A program made the translations under genes and the position numbers. Of a stretch of 64,000 bases of DNA, positions 14,484 to 28,569 are shown piece by piece (within the stretch, counting starts at the first letter, position 1; every line of letters begins with the position of its first letter). The stretch covers positions 1,116,001 through 1,180,000 of the forward strand of contig OZ176060.1 of NCBI GenBank assembly GCA_964247055.1, written 5' to 3'. The stretch is from Paragordius varius (Eukaryota > Animalia > Nematomorpha). Below the pieces are notes generated by a model. The model saw nothing but the letters and a program-made list of their open reading frames with translations, was not told where the DNA came from and did not search any database.

Positions 14484-17400
14484 ATAAAAAAAAATATTCA
14501 AAAAATATCAAAAAATACTCAAAAAATAAAAAAATTAACAAAATTTCACAAAAAATAACAATTTTTCATTTAAAAATTCTTAAAATTGTCCTATTTTTCA
14601 TTCAAAAATAACATTTTTCATCTTTCTATATATATACATATAAGAATAAAAATAACAAAAATAACAATCATCACTCATTTCATCACATTCATAATTGAGA
14701 GAGAATGAGAGAGAGAGAGTGATGTGCAACACCAACAACAACAACTACAAGAATGATGTGTGTGTGAGAGTGAGAGTGAGTGTGTGTGTACAACTACAAC
14801 AACACTCACCACAAGAGTGATGACGTCATCACTCTTGTGGTGAGTGTTGTTGTTGTGAAGAAGAATATTATTATTATTATTATTAGTGAAGAAGAATAAG
14901 AGAAGAGAGAGAAGAAGGTTTTTGTTGTTGATTCTTGTTGAGACACACACACACATACATGATTAAATGAATGAATGATGAAAATGTTACTCTACTACTA
15001 CTAAAGAAGAATGAAGAAGAAATTGTTGAAGAAATGAGTGTCATTCTTGTTTTTATACTATTTTTTGAATGAAAATGACATTTTTGGACAATTTTTACTA
15101 GAATTATTAATATTTTTGTTGAAAATTGCCATTTTTGACACTTTTAAGGTTGATTTTTTCAATAATTCTTGAATAAATGTGTTAAAAGTTAGAAAAATTA
15201 AGATTTTTACATTAAAATTTGTCTTTTTTTCTAGAAAAATTCATTTTTTTCTCTAATTTTTGATTAAAAAGATGATTTTTTCTTAATTTTTGAATAAAAA
15301 ATGAATTTTTAGTTGAAATTTATCAAAAATTCTTGAAAAAATGAGTGAAAAATTCATAAATTAACACTTTTTTTGATGAAAAAATCATTTTTTTGAATAT
15401 TTATGACAAAAAATTGAATTTAATCTTGAAATTTAGCAGAAATTCTTCAAAAAATGAGTGAAAATTACAAAAATTCCGAATTTTTTGAATAAGAATCAAT
15501 TATTTCTCACTCAAAATTGAGAAATTTAATCAAAAAATGAATAAAAACTAGAAAAAATGTCAAAAAATAAGTAAAATATCCACAAAAAATTCAAAAATTG
15601 TTCAAAAATGTCATTTATAAACCAAAAAAATAATAAAAAATAACAAAAACAATTGAAAAAATAAAAAAAAATATTCAAAAAATATCAAAAAATACTCAAA
15701 AAATAAAAAAATTAACAAAATTTCACAAAAAATAACAATTTTTCATTTAAAAATTCTTAAAATTGTCCTATTTTTCATTCAAAAATAACATTTTTCATCT
15801 TTCTATATATATACATATAAGAATAAAAATAACAAAAATAACAATCATCACTCATTTCATCACATTCATAATTGAGAGAGAATGAGAGAGAGAGAGTGAT
15901 GTGCAACACCAACAACAACAACTACAAGAATGATGTGTGTGTGAGAGTGAGAGTGAGTGTGTGTGTACAACTACAACAACACTCACCACAAGAGTGATGA
16001 CGTCATCACTCTTGTGGTGAGTGTTGTTGTTGTGAAGAAGAATATTATTATTATTATTATTAGTGAAGAAGAATAAGAGAAGAGAGAGAAGAAGGTTTTT
16101 GTTGTTGATTCTTGTTGAGACACACACACACATACATGATTAAATGAATGAATGATGAAAATGTTACTCTACTACTACTAAAGAAGAATGAAGAAGAAAT
16201 TGTTGAAGAAATGAGTGTCATTCTTGTTTTTATACTATTTTTTGAATGAAAATGACATTTTTGGACAATTTTTACTAGAATTATTAATATTTTTGTTGAA
16301 AATTGCCATTTTTGACACTTTTAAGGTTGATTTTTTCAATAATTCTTGAATAAATGTGTTAAAAGTTAGAAAAATTAAGATTTTTACATTAAAATTTGTC
16401 TTTTTTTCTAGAAAAATTCATTTTTTTCTCTAATTTTTGATTAAAAAGATGATTTTTTCTTAATTTTTGAATAAAAAATGAATTTTTAGTTGAAATTTAT
16501 CAAAAATTCTTGAAAAAATGAGTGAAAAATTCATAAATTAACACTTTTTTTGATGAAAAAATCATTTTTTTGAATATTTATGACAAAAAATTGAATTTAA
16601 TCTTGAAATTTAGCAGAAATTCTTCAAAAAATGAGTGAAAATTACAAAAATTCCGAATTTTTTGAATAAGAATCAATTATTTCTCACTCAAAATTGAGAA
16701 ATTTAATCAAAAAATGAATAAAAACTAGAAAAAATGTCAAAAAATAAGTAAAATATCCACAAAAAATTCAAAAATTGTTCAAAAATGTCATTTATAAACC
16801 AAAAAAATAATAAAAAATAACAAAAACAATTGAAAAAATAAAAAAAAATATTCAAAAAATATCAAAAAATACTCAAAAAATAAAAAAATTAACAAAATTT
16901 CACAAAAAATAACAATTTTTCATTTAAAAATTCTTAAAATTGTCCTATTTTTCATTCAAAAATAACATTTTTCATCTTTCTATATATATACATATAAGAA
17001 TAAAAATAACAAAAATAACAATCATCACTCATTTCATCACATTCATAATTGAGAGAGAATGAGAGAGAGAGAGTGATGTGCAACACCAACAACAACAACT
17101 ACAAGAATGATGTGTGTGTGAGAGTGAGAGTGAGTGTGTGTGTACAACTACAACAACACTCACCACAAGAGTGATGACGTCATCACTCTTGTGGTGAGTG
17201 TTGTTGTTGTGAAGAAGAATATTATTATTATTATTATTAGTGAAGAAGAATAAGAGAAGAGAGAGAAGAAGGTTTTTGTTGTTGATTCTTGTTGAGACAC
17301 ACACACACATACATGATTAAATGAATGAATGATGAAAATGTTACTCTACTACTACTAAAGAAGAATGAAGAAGAAATTGTTGAAGAAATGAGTGTCATTC

Positions 17401-20400
17401 TTGTTTTTATACTATTTTTTGAATGAAAATGACATTTTTGGACAATTTTTACTAGAATTATTAATATTTTTGTTGAAAATTGCCATTTTTGACACTTTTA
17501 AGGTTGATTTTTTCAATAATTCTTGAATAAATGTGTTAAAAGTTAGAAAAATTAAGATTTTTACATTAAAATTTGTCTTTTTTTCTAGAAAAATTCATTT
17601 TTTTCTCTAATTTTTGATTAAAAAGATGATTTTTTCTTAATTTTTGAATAAAAAATGAATTTTTAGTTGAAATTTATCAAAAATTCTTGAAAAAATGAGT
17701 GAAAAATTCATAAATTAACACTTTTTTTGATGAAAAAATCATTTTTTTGAATATTTATGACAAAAAATTGAATTTAATCTTGAAATTTAGCAGAAATTCT
17801 TCAAAAAATGAGTGAAAATTACAAAAATTCCGAATTTTTTGAATAAGAATCAATTATTTCTCACTCAAAATTGAGAAATTTAATCAAAAAATGAATAAAA
17901 ACTAGAAAAAATGTCAAAAAATAAGTAAAATATCCACAAAAAATTCAAAAATTGTTCAAAAATGTCATTTATAAACCAAAAAAATAATAAAAAATAACAA
18001 AAACAATTGAAAAAATAAAAAAAAATATTCAAAAAATATCAAAAAATACTCAAAAAATAAAAAAATTAACAAAATTTCACAAAAAATAACAATTTTTCAT
18101 TTAAAAATTCTTAAAATTGTCCTATTTTTCATTCAAAAATAACATTTTTCATCTTTCTATATATATACATATAAGAATAAAAATAACAAAAATAACAATC
18201 ATCACTCATTTCATCACATTCATAATTGAGAGAGAATGAGAGAGAGAGAGTGATGTGCAACACCAACAACAACAACTACAAGAATGATGTGTGTGTGAGA
18301 GTGAGAGTGAGTGTGTGTGTACAACTACAACAACACTCACCACAAGAGTGATGACGTCATCACTCTTGTGGTGAGTGTTGTTGTTGTGAAGAAGAATATT
18401 ATTATTATTATTATTAGTGAAGAAGAATAAGAGAAGAGAGAGAAGAAGGTTTTTGTTGTTGATTCTTGTTGAGACACACACACACATACATGATTAAATG
18501 AATGAATGATGAAAATGTTACTCTACTACTACTAAAGAAGAATGAAGAAGAAATTGTTGAAGAAATGAGTGTCATTCTTGTTTTTATACTATTTTTTGAA
18601 TGAAAATGACATTTTTGGACAATTTTTACTAGAATTATTAATATTTTTGTTGAAAATTGCCATTTTTGACACTTTTAAGGTTGATTTTTTCAATAATTCT
18701 TGAATAAATGTGTTAAAAGTTAGAAAAATTAAGATTTTTACATTAAAATTTGTCTTTTTTTCTAGAAAAATTCATTTTTTTCTCTAATTTTTGATTAAAA
18801 AGATGATTTTTTCTTAATTTTTGAATAAAAAATGAATTTTTAGTTGAAATTTATCAAAAATTCTTGAAAAAATGAGTGAAAAATTCATAAATTAACACTT
18901 TTTTTGATGAAAAAATCATTTTTTTGAATATTTATGACAAAAAATTGAATTTAATCTTGAAATTTAGCAGAAATTCTTCAAAAAATGAGTGAAAATTACA
19001 AAAATTCCGAATTTTTTGAATAAGAATCAATTATTTCTCACTCAAAATTGAGAAATTTAATCAAAAAATGAATAAAAACTAGAAAAAATGTCAAAAAATA
19101 AGTAAAATATCCACAAAAAATTCAAAAATTGTTCAAAAATGTCATTTATAAACCAAAAAAATAATAAAAAATAACAAAAACAATTGAAAAAATAAAAAAA
19201 AATATTCAAAAAATATCAAAAAATACTCAAAAAATAAAAAAATTAACAAAATTTCACAAAAAATAACAATTTTTCATTTAAAAATTCTTAAAATTGTCCT
19301 ATTTTTCATTCAAAAATAACATTTTTCATCTTTCTATATATATACATATAAGAATAAAAATAACAAAAATAACAATCATCACTCATTTCATCACATTCAT
19401 AATTGAGAGAGAATGAGAGAGAGAGAGTGATGTGCAACACCAACAACAACAACTACAAGAATGATGTGTGTGTGAGAGTGAGAGTGAGTGTGTGTGTACA
19501 ACTACAACAACACTCACCACAAGAGTGATGACGTCATCACTCTTGTGGTGAGTGTTGTTGTTGTGAAGAAGAATATTATTATTATTATTATTAGTGAAGA
19601 AGAATAAGAGAAGAGAGAGAAGAAGGTTTTTGTTGTTGATTCTTGTTGAGACACACACACACATACATGATTAAATGAATGAATGATGAAAATGTTACTC
19701 TACTACTACTAAAGAAGAATGAAGAAGAAATTGTTGAAGAAATGAGTGTCATTCTTGTTTTTATACTATTTTTTGAATGAAAATGACATTTTTGGACAAT
19801 TTTTACTAGAATTATTAATATTTTTGTTGAAAATTGCCATTTTTGACACTTTTAAGGTTGATTTTTTCAATAATTCTTGAATAAATGTGTTAAAAGTTAG
19901 AAAAATTAAGATTTTTACATTAAAATTTGTCTTTTTTTCTAGAAAAATTCATTTTTTTCTCTAATTTTTGATTAAAAAGATGATTTTTTCTTAATTTTTG
20001 AATAAAAAATGAATTTTTAGTTGAAATTTATCAAAAATTCTTGAAAAAATGAGTGAAAAATTCATAAATTAACACTTTTTTTGATGAAAAAATCATTTTT
20101 TTGAATATTTATGACAAAAAATTGAATTTAATCTTGAAATTTAGCAGAAATTCTTCAAAAAATGAGTGAAAATTACAAAAATTCCGAATTTTTTGAATAA
20201 GAATCAATTATTTCTCACTCAAAATTGAGAAATTTAATCAAAAAATGAATAAAAACTAGAAAAAATGTCAAAAAATAAGTAAAATATCCACAAAAAATTC
20301 AAAAATTGTTCAAAAATGTCATTTATAAACCAAAAAAATAATAAAAAATAACAAAAACAATTGAAAAAATAAAAAAAAATATTCAAAAAATATCAAAAAA

Positions 20401-23400
20401 TACTCAAAAAATAAAAAAATTAACAAAATTTCACAAAAAATAACAATTTTTCATTTAAAAATTCTTAAAATTGTCCTATTTTTCATTCAAAAATAACATT
20501 TTTCATCTTTCTATATATATACATATAAGAATAAAAATAACAAAAATAACAATCATCACTCATTTCATCACATTCATAATTGAGAGAGAATGAGAGAGAG
20601 AGAGTGATGTGCAACACCAACAACAACAACTACAAGAATGATGTGTGTGTGAGAGTGAGAGTGAGTGTGTGTGTACAACTACAACAACACTCACCACAAG
20701 AGTGATGACGTCATCACTCTTGTGGTGAGTGTTGTTGTTGTGAAGAAGAATATTATTATTATTATTATTAGTGAAGAAGAATAAGAGAAGAGAGAGAAGA
20801 AGGTTTTTGTTGTTGATTCTTGTTGAGACACACACACACATACATGATTAAATGAATGAATGATGAAAATGTTACTCTACTACTACTAAAGAAGAATGAA
20901 GAAGAAATTGTTGAAGAAATGAGTGTCATTCTTGTTTTTATACTATTTTTTGAATGAAAATGACATTTTTGGACAATTTTTACTAGAATTATTAATATTT
21001 TTGTTGAAAATTGCCATTTTTGACACTTTTAAGGTTGATTTTTTCAATAATTCTTGAATAAATGTGTTAAAAGTTAGAAAAATTAAGATTTTTACATTAA
21101 AATTTGTCTTTTTTTCTAGAAAAATTCATTTTTTTCTCTAATTTTTGATTAAAAAGATGATTTTTTCTTAATTTTTGAATAAAAAATGAATTTTTAGTTG
21201 AAATTTATCAAAAATTCTTGAAAAAATGAGTGAAAAATTCATAAATTAACACTTTTTTTGATGAAAAAATCATTTTTTTGAATATTTATGACAAAAAATT
21301 GAATTTAATCTTGAAATTTAGCAGAAATTCTTCAAAAAATGAGTGAAAATTACAAAAATTCCGAATTTTTTGAATAAGAATCAATTATTTCTCACTCAAA
21401 ATTGAGAAATTTAATCAAAAAATGAATAAAAACTAGAAAAAATGTCAAAAAATAAGTAAAATATCCACAAAAAATTCAAAAATTGTTCAAAAATGTCATT
21501 TATAAACCAAAAAAATAATAAAAAATAACAAAAACAATTGAAAAAATAAAAAAAAATATTCAAAAAATATCAAAAAATACTCAAAAAATAAAAAAATTAA
21601 CAAAATTTCACAAAAAATAACAATTTTTCATTTAAAAATTCTTAAAATTGTCCTATTTTTCATTCAAAAATAACATTTTTCATCTTTCTATATATATACA
21701 TATAAGAATAAAAATAACAAAAATAACAATCATCACTCATTTCATCACATTCATAATTGAGAGAGAATGAGAGAGAGAGAGTGATGTGCAACACCAACAA
21801 CAACAACTACAAGAATGATGTGTGTGTGAGAGTGAGAGTGAGTGTGTGTGTACAACTACAACAACACTCACCACAAGAGTGATGACGTCATCACTCTTGT
21901 GGTGAGTGTTGTTGTTGTGAAGAAGAATATTATTATTATTATTATTAGTGAAGAAGAATAAGAGAAGAGAGAGAAGAAGGTTTTTGTTGTTGATTCTTGT
22001 TGAGACACACACACACATACATGATTAAATGAATGAATGATGAAAATGTTACTCTACTACTACTAAAGAAGAATGAAGAAGAAATTGTTGAAGAAATGAG
22101 TGTCATTCTTGTTTTTATACTATTTTTTGAATGAAAATGACATTTTTGGACAATTTTTACTAGAATTATTAATATTTTTGTTGAAAATTGCCATTTTTGA
22201 CACTTTTAAGGTTGATTTTTTCAATAATTCTTGAATAAATGTGTTAAAAGTTAGAAAAATTAAGATTTTTACATTAAAATTTGTCTTTTTTTCTAGAAAA
22301 ATTCATTTTTTTCTCTAATTTTTGATTAAAAAGATGATTTTTTCTTAATTTTTGAATAAAAAATGAATTTTTAGTTGAAATTTATCAAAAATTCTTGAAA
22401 AAATGAGTGAAAAATTCATAAATTAACACTTTTTTTGATGAAAAAATCATTTTTTTGAATATTTATGACAAAAAATTGAATTTAATCTTGAAATTTAGCA
22501 GAAATTCTTCAAAAAATGAGTGAAAATTACAAAAATTCCGAATTTTTTGAATAAGAATCAATTATTTCTCACTCAAAATTGAGAAATTTAATCAAAAAAT
22601 GAATAAAAACTAGAAAAAATGTCAAAAAATAAGTAAAATATCCACAAAAAATTCAAAAATTGTTCAAAAATGTCATTTATAAACCAAAAAAATAATAAAA
22701 AATAACAAAAACAATTGAAAAAATAAAAAAAAATATTCAAAAAATATCAAAAAATACTCAAAAAATAAAAAAATTAACAAAATTTCACAAAAAATAACAA
22801 TTTTTCATTTAAAAATTCTTAAAATTGTCCTATTTTTCATTCAAAAATAACATTTTTCATCTTTCTATATATATACATATAAGAATAAAAATAACAAAAA
22901 TAACAATCATCACTCATTTCATCACATTCATAATTGAGAGAGAATGAGAGAGAGAGAGTGATGTGCAACACCAACAACAACAACTACAAGAATGATGTGT
23001 GTGTGAGAGTGAGAGTGAGTGTGTGTGTACAACTACAACAACACTCACCACAAGAGTGATGACGTCATCACTCTTGTGGTGAGTGTTGTTGTTGTGAAGA
23101 AGAATATTATTATTATTATTATTAGTGAAGAAGAATAAGAGAAGAGAGAGAAGAAGGTTTTTGTTGTTGATTCTTGTTGAGACACACACACACATACATG
23201 ATTAAATGAATGAATGATGAAAATGTTACTCTACTACTACTAAAGAAGAATGAAGAAGAAATTGTTGAAGAAATGAGTGTCATTCTTGTTTTTATACTAT
23301 TTTTTGAATGAAAATGACATTTTTGGACAATTTTTACTAGAATTATTAATATTTTTGTTGAAAATTGCCATTTTTGACACTTTTAAGGTTGATTTTTTCA

Positions 23401-24160
23401 ATAATTCTTGAATAAATGTGTTAAAAGTTAGAAAAATTAAGATTTTTACATTAAAATTTGTCTTTTTTTCTAGAAAAATTCATTTTTTTCTCTAATTTTT
23501 GATTAAAAAGATGATTTTTTCTTAATTTTTGAATAAAAAATGAATTTTTAGTTGAAATTTATCAAAAATTCTTGAAAAAATGAGTGAAAAATTCATAAAT
23601 TAACACTTTTTTTGATGAAAAAATCATTTTTTTGAATATTTATGACAAAAAATTGAATTTAATCTTGAAATTTAGCAGAAATTCTTCAAAAAATGAGTGA
23701 AAATTACAAAAATTCCGAATTTTTTGAATAAGAATCAATTATTTCTCACTCAAAATTGAGAAATTTAATCAAAAAATGAATAAAAACTAGAAAAAATGTC
23801 AAAAAATAAGTAAAATATCCACAAAAAATTCAAAAATTGTTCAAAAATGTCATTTATAAACCAAAAAAATAATAAAAAATAACAAAAACAATTGAAAAAA
23901 TAAAAAAAAATATTCAAAAAATATCAAAAAATACTCAAAAAATAAAAAAATTAACAAAATTTCACAAAAAATAACAATTTTTCATTTAAAAATTCTTAAA
24001 ATTGTCCTATTTTTCATTCAAAAATAACATTTTTCATCTTTCTATATATATACATATAAGAATAAAAATAACAAAAATAACAATCATCACTCATTTCATC
24101 ACATTCATAATTGAGAGAGAATGAGAGAGAGAGAGTGATGTGCAACACCAACAACAACAA
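14484..24160. repeat. Tandem array, subfamily C: ~8.2 units of 1177 bp, homologous to but clearly diverged from A/B
   Basis: Identical ORF-track hits occur every 1177 bp (14675, 15852 ... 22914). The units carry the same central palindrome and similar GA/CA/TGAA blocks as A/B, with different AT-rich flanks. Confidence 0.96.
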
Positions 24161-26000
24161 CAAGAGTGATGTGTATGTGTGTGAGAGAGTGAGTGGAGAG
24201 AGAGATGAGTGTGAGTGTAACAACAACACACACAACAAGAGTGATGAATCACTCTTGTTGTGTGTGTTGTTGTGAAGAAGAATATTATTATTAGTAGTAG
24301 AAGAAGAAGAAGAATTGAGTAGAGAGAGAAGAATGTTTTTGTTGATGATTCTTGTTGAGACACAAACACATATATACATGAATGAATGAATGAATGAATG
24401 ATGAAAATGTTACACTACTACTACTAAAGAAGAATGAAGAATATTGTTGAAGAAATGATGAATATTCTTGATTTTCAATAATTTTTGAATAAAAATCAAG
24501 ATTTTTGGACAATATTACTAAAATTATTAATATTTTTGTGTAAAATTAACAATTTTTACACTTTTTTTGAACATTTTACTAAAAATTCATGAATAATAGA
24601 GTTAAAATCTTGAAAATTAAGAATTTTTCAGTGAAAATTGAGTTTTTTTCTAGATTTTTGAATGAAAATTTATTTTTTTCTCTAATTTTTGACAAAAAAT
24701 GACGATTTTTGGACAATTTTAATGAAAAACAAGAATATTTTTGTATGAAAATGACATTTTTGACACTTTTTTTGATGATTTACTCGATAATTTTGAAAAA
24801 ATGAACAAAAATCTTGAAAAATTAAGAATTTTCTCAGTAAAAATTCACTTTTTTTCAAATTTTACAGTAAAAAATGAATATTTTCTCTAATTTTTGATTG
24901 AAAAAAATGAATTTTAAGTTGAAATTTAACAAAAATTGTCAAAAAAGTGAGAAAAAATGAGTAAAAATAAGAAAAATTTGCTAAATTTACTGTAAAAATC
25001 AATTTTTTAGAATAAAAACTGAATTATTTCTACTTAAAAATGATAATTTTAATTTAAAAATGAGTAAAAAGTAGAAAAAAATAATAAAAAATATCCAAAA
25101 TACACAAAAAATATTCATAAAATCATCAAAAACGTCATTTTTAAACAAAAATACCTTCAAAATTAATAATTTTAATCAAAAAATCATCAATTTTAATCAA
25201 AAAATACTCAAAATACTCAAAAAATGAATAAAATTAAAAAAAAATATTAATAAAATATTAAAATTGTCCTACATTTCATTCAAAAATAACAATTTTTCAT
25301 TCAAAAATAACACTTTTCATTCTTCTCTATATATTATATATACATATATATATAATAACAATATAACAACTAATAATAACAAATCTTCACTCATTTCATC
25401 CATCAAAAATGAGAGAGAGAGAGAGATGTGCAGCAACAACAACAACTACAACAACAAGAGTGATGTGTATGTGTGTGAGAGAGTGAGTGGAGAGAGAGAT
25501 GAGTGTGAGTGTAACAACAACACACACAACAAGAGTGATGAATCACTCTTGTTGTGAGTGTTGTTGTGAAGAAGAATATTATTATTATTAGTAGTAGAAG
25601 AAGAAGAAGAATTGAGTAGAGAGAGAAGAATGTTTTTGTTGTTGATTCTTGTTGACACAGACACATATACATGATTGAATGAATGAATGATGAAAATGTT
25701 ACACTACTACTACTAAAGAAGAATGATGAATATTGTTGAAGAAATGATGAATATTCTTGTTTTTCAACAATTTTTTGAATAAAAAGAAGGTTTTTTGACA
25801 CATTTTTACTAAATTTATGAATAATATTGTTTAAAAATGAATATTTTGACACTTTTTTGAATATTTACTCAAGAATTTTAATCAAATTATTAATATTTTT
25901 GTTGAAATTTGACATTTTTGATATTTTTTAAGGTTTTTCTAATGAAAATTCATTAATAAATGACTAATTTTTGAAAAATTTTGAATTTTTTGATTAAAAA
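24161..26000. repeat. Two divergent edge units (D, E) of the array, period ~1.29 kb, decaying rightwards
   Basis: Homologous cores carry variant palindromes at 24220-24273 and 25514-25567. The right boundary is approximate. Confidence 0.85.
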
Positions 26001-28310
26001 TCAAGTATTTTTTTAAATTTTAACTAAAATAAAAAATTTACAAAAAAATCTAATTTTTAAATCATTTTTTTCAATAAAAATCACGTTTTTTCTTAATTTA
26101 CCTTCAAATTAGAGTTTAAGATTAAAATTTATATTTTTGACAAGTTTTTGGAGCAAAAACTCTAATTTCATAATCAAATATTAGTAAAAATTGAAAATTG
26201 CAAATTTTCCATTAAAAACAAGTTTATTCATTAAAATTTTAGGCAAAACGGTTTTTTTAACTATATTTAAGAAAGTAATTTTTTGGATGAGACATTATTT
26301 GCAACAGATTTAGTAATATTTTGTGTTTTAAAAAATTAAAAATTATTGAAATTTAATGAATATAATGTTTTAAAATTAAAAATTAAAAATAAAAAGTAAA
26401 TATAAAAAAGGTACATTGAGAGAAATATATCATAAGGAAAAGACTTTTAAGAAAATTAATTCCTTTTCTGTAATATTTTTTTGTTTAAAGAGGAATATCA
26501 TGGAACAGCGTTATAATTATTAATAATAAAAATAAAATAATTTAAAAATAATATATTTTTCTAATATAGTAATAAATAAATAATTAAATGAATGAATTAA
26601 TAGTTAAACAATATATAAATTAATAATTAAATTAAAAAAATTTAATAATGATAAATTAAATAAAAACTCAAAAAATTTAATTTTCATAATTAAATTATTT
26701 TTTTTCTAATATTTTTGAATAAATAGATTTTTTAATATTTAGACGTATTTATAAGAATATTGTATAAAAATTGATATTTTGGAACATTTGGATGATTTTA
26801 TACAAACATTCTTAGGAAAATGTGTAAACAAAAAAATTAACATTTCCGTAATAAAGATTAAGTATTTATGATTTTTTGGAATAGAAATTAACTTTTTTAG
26901 TCAAATCTAAAAAATTGAGTAAAATTTTTTTTGTCAAATATTATTATTGATACTTAATAAAGATTAAAAACTTGAAAAATTAGAGTTTTTCGGATAAATT
27001 TAAATTTTTCTTGAATATTTTTGAATAAAAAATGAGTTTTTCCATGTTATTATTCAAAAATTCTTGAAAAAATGAATGAATATTTGATAATATTTAAGTT
27101 TTTTCAGTAGAAATTTAGTTTTATTTCTAATTTTTTGAATGAAATTTGAGTTATTTACGAATTTTTATGATTAATTATTTAAAAGTGAGTGAAAACTTGA
27201 AAAATTAAGATTTTATGAGAGAAAAATAAATTTATTTCCAATTTTTTAAATATAAAATGAGTTTTTTGTCAAATCTTATGATTAATTTTAAAAAATTAGC
27301 ATAAATTTGGAAAATTTGAGATATCAGTAAAATTCAATTTTTGATCTTTTTGGAATAAAAATTGAGTTTTTTGTGTAAATTGTATTATTAATTCCTAAAA
27401 TATAAGTTTAAATTTGGCAAATTGCGATTTTTACAGTAAAAATAAAGTTTTTTTCTAAATCTTTTACTTAAAAATCAATTTTATTTCGTAATATCAAATT
27501 CAAAATCATTTTTCAAAAAAATCAATTTTATTATCGAATTTTTATTTGAAATTTTATTATTAATAAAAAAATGAATATAATTTTGGAAAATTGCGATCTT
27601 TTATTGAAAAATTAAGTTTTTTTCTAAATCTATTATTTAATTATCAGTTTTATTTCATAAAATCAAATTTAAAATCATTTTTTAGAAAAAATCAATTTTA
27701 TTTTCAAATTTTTATTTAAAATTTTATTATTAATCCTTAATAGATGAGTATAAATTTGGAACATTGCGATTTTACAGTAAAAATTAAGTTTTTTTCAAAT
27801 CTAATACTTTATTATCAATTTTATTTCATAAAATCGTTTTCAAATTTTTATTTGAAATTTTATTATTAAATGTTAAAAAATGGGTTCAGTTTTGTATAAT
27901 AAAAATGAATTTTATATTCGAATGATAATAGAGTTTTTTCTTAGAAATATTTTAAATATTCTTCAAAAATAGGCGAAAACTTGAAAATTAATTCTTAAAA
28001 TAATGAATAGATTAATTTTTTTGAATAAAAATGGAGATTTCCTCAAAATTCTTACAATAATGAGTTACAACTTGAAAAAGTTAAATTTTTTCAGTAAAAA
28101 CTCTGTTTTTTTAAAAAATAAAGATTTTCTCTTAGAAATCAATTAAAATAATTATTTAAAAAAATCAAGTTTTATACAATTTAAGTTAAAACACTTGGTT
28201 TTTTGACTCAAATTATACTCAGATTTATGGAGGAGACTATTTGCAAGAGATGTATAAATATTTTGTGTTTAAAAAATTGAAAATTATTGAAATTTAATGA
28301 AAATTAATGT
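26000..28310. repeat. Degenerate AT-rich sub-repeat zone related to the array spacer
   Basis: Three ~170-bp copies of 'ttgg(a/c)aaattgcgat..acagtaaaa..aagttttttttctaaatct' at ~27411, ~27582 and ~27755. 'cttgaaaaattaaga' recurs throughout. An ~80-bp block at ~26285-26360 is repeated at ~28225-28305. Confidence 0.65.
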
Positions 28311-28569
28311 TTAAAAAAAAATAAATAAATAAATATTATCATAAATAATTAATATTAATAATAAATTATTGTATTTTAATGAAAATTAATGGAAATTAAT
28401 TATTTTAAGACAAATATTATAATAAATTAATACAATAAAATAAAAATAAAAAAAATAAAAAAAAATAAAAAATTAAAAAAAATGCGAAAAATAAAAAATT
28501 AATTAAACCATCAATATAAAATATAATTATATTAACTGATAAAAAATTGATTAAAAAAAATAAAAAAGT

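Noticed and set aside
14675-25852. Repeated 72-149-aa ORFs in the array (MCVCVSTRINNK... and related)
   Set aside because: These are low-complexity translations of CA/GA/TAT/TTG microsatellites. The frame is not preserved between subfamilies and no domain is recognisable.
1-26000. rDNA, 5S, histone or telomeric identity for the array
   Set aside because: No conserved rRNA, tRNA or histone sequence and no short telomeric repeat is recognisable in the unit.
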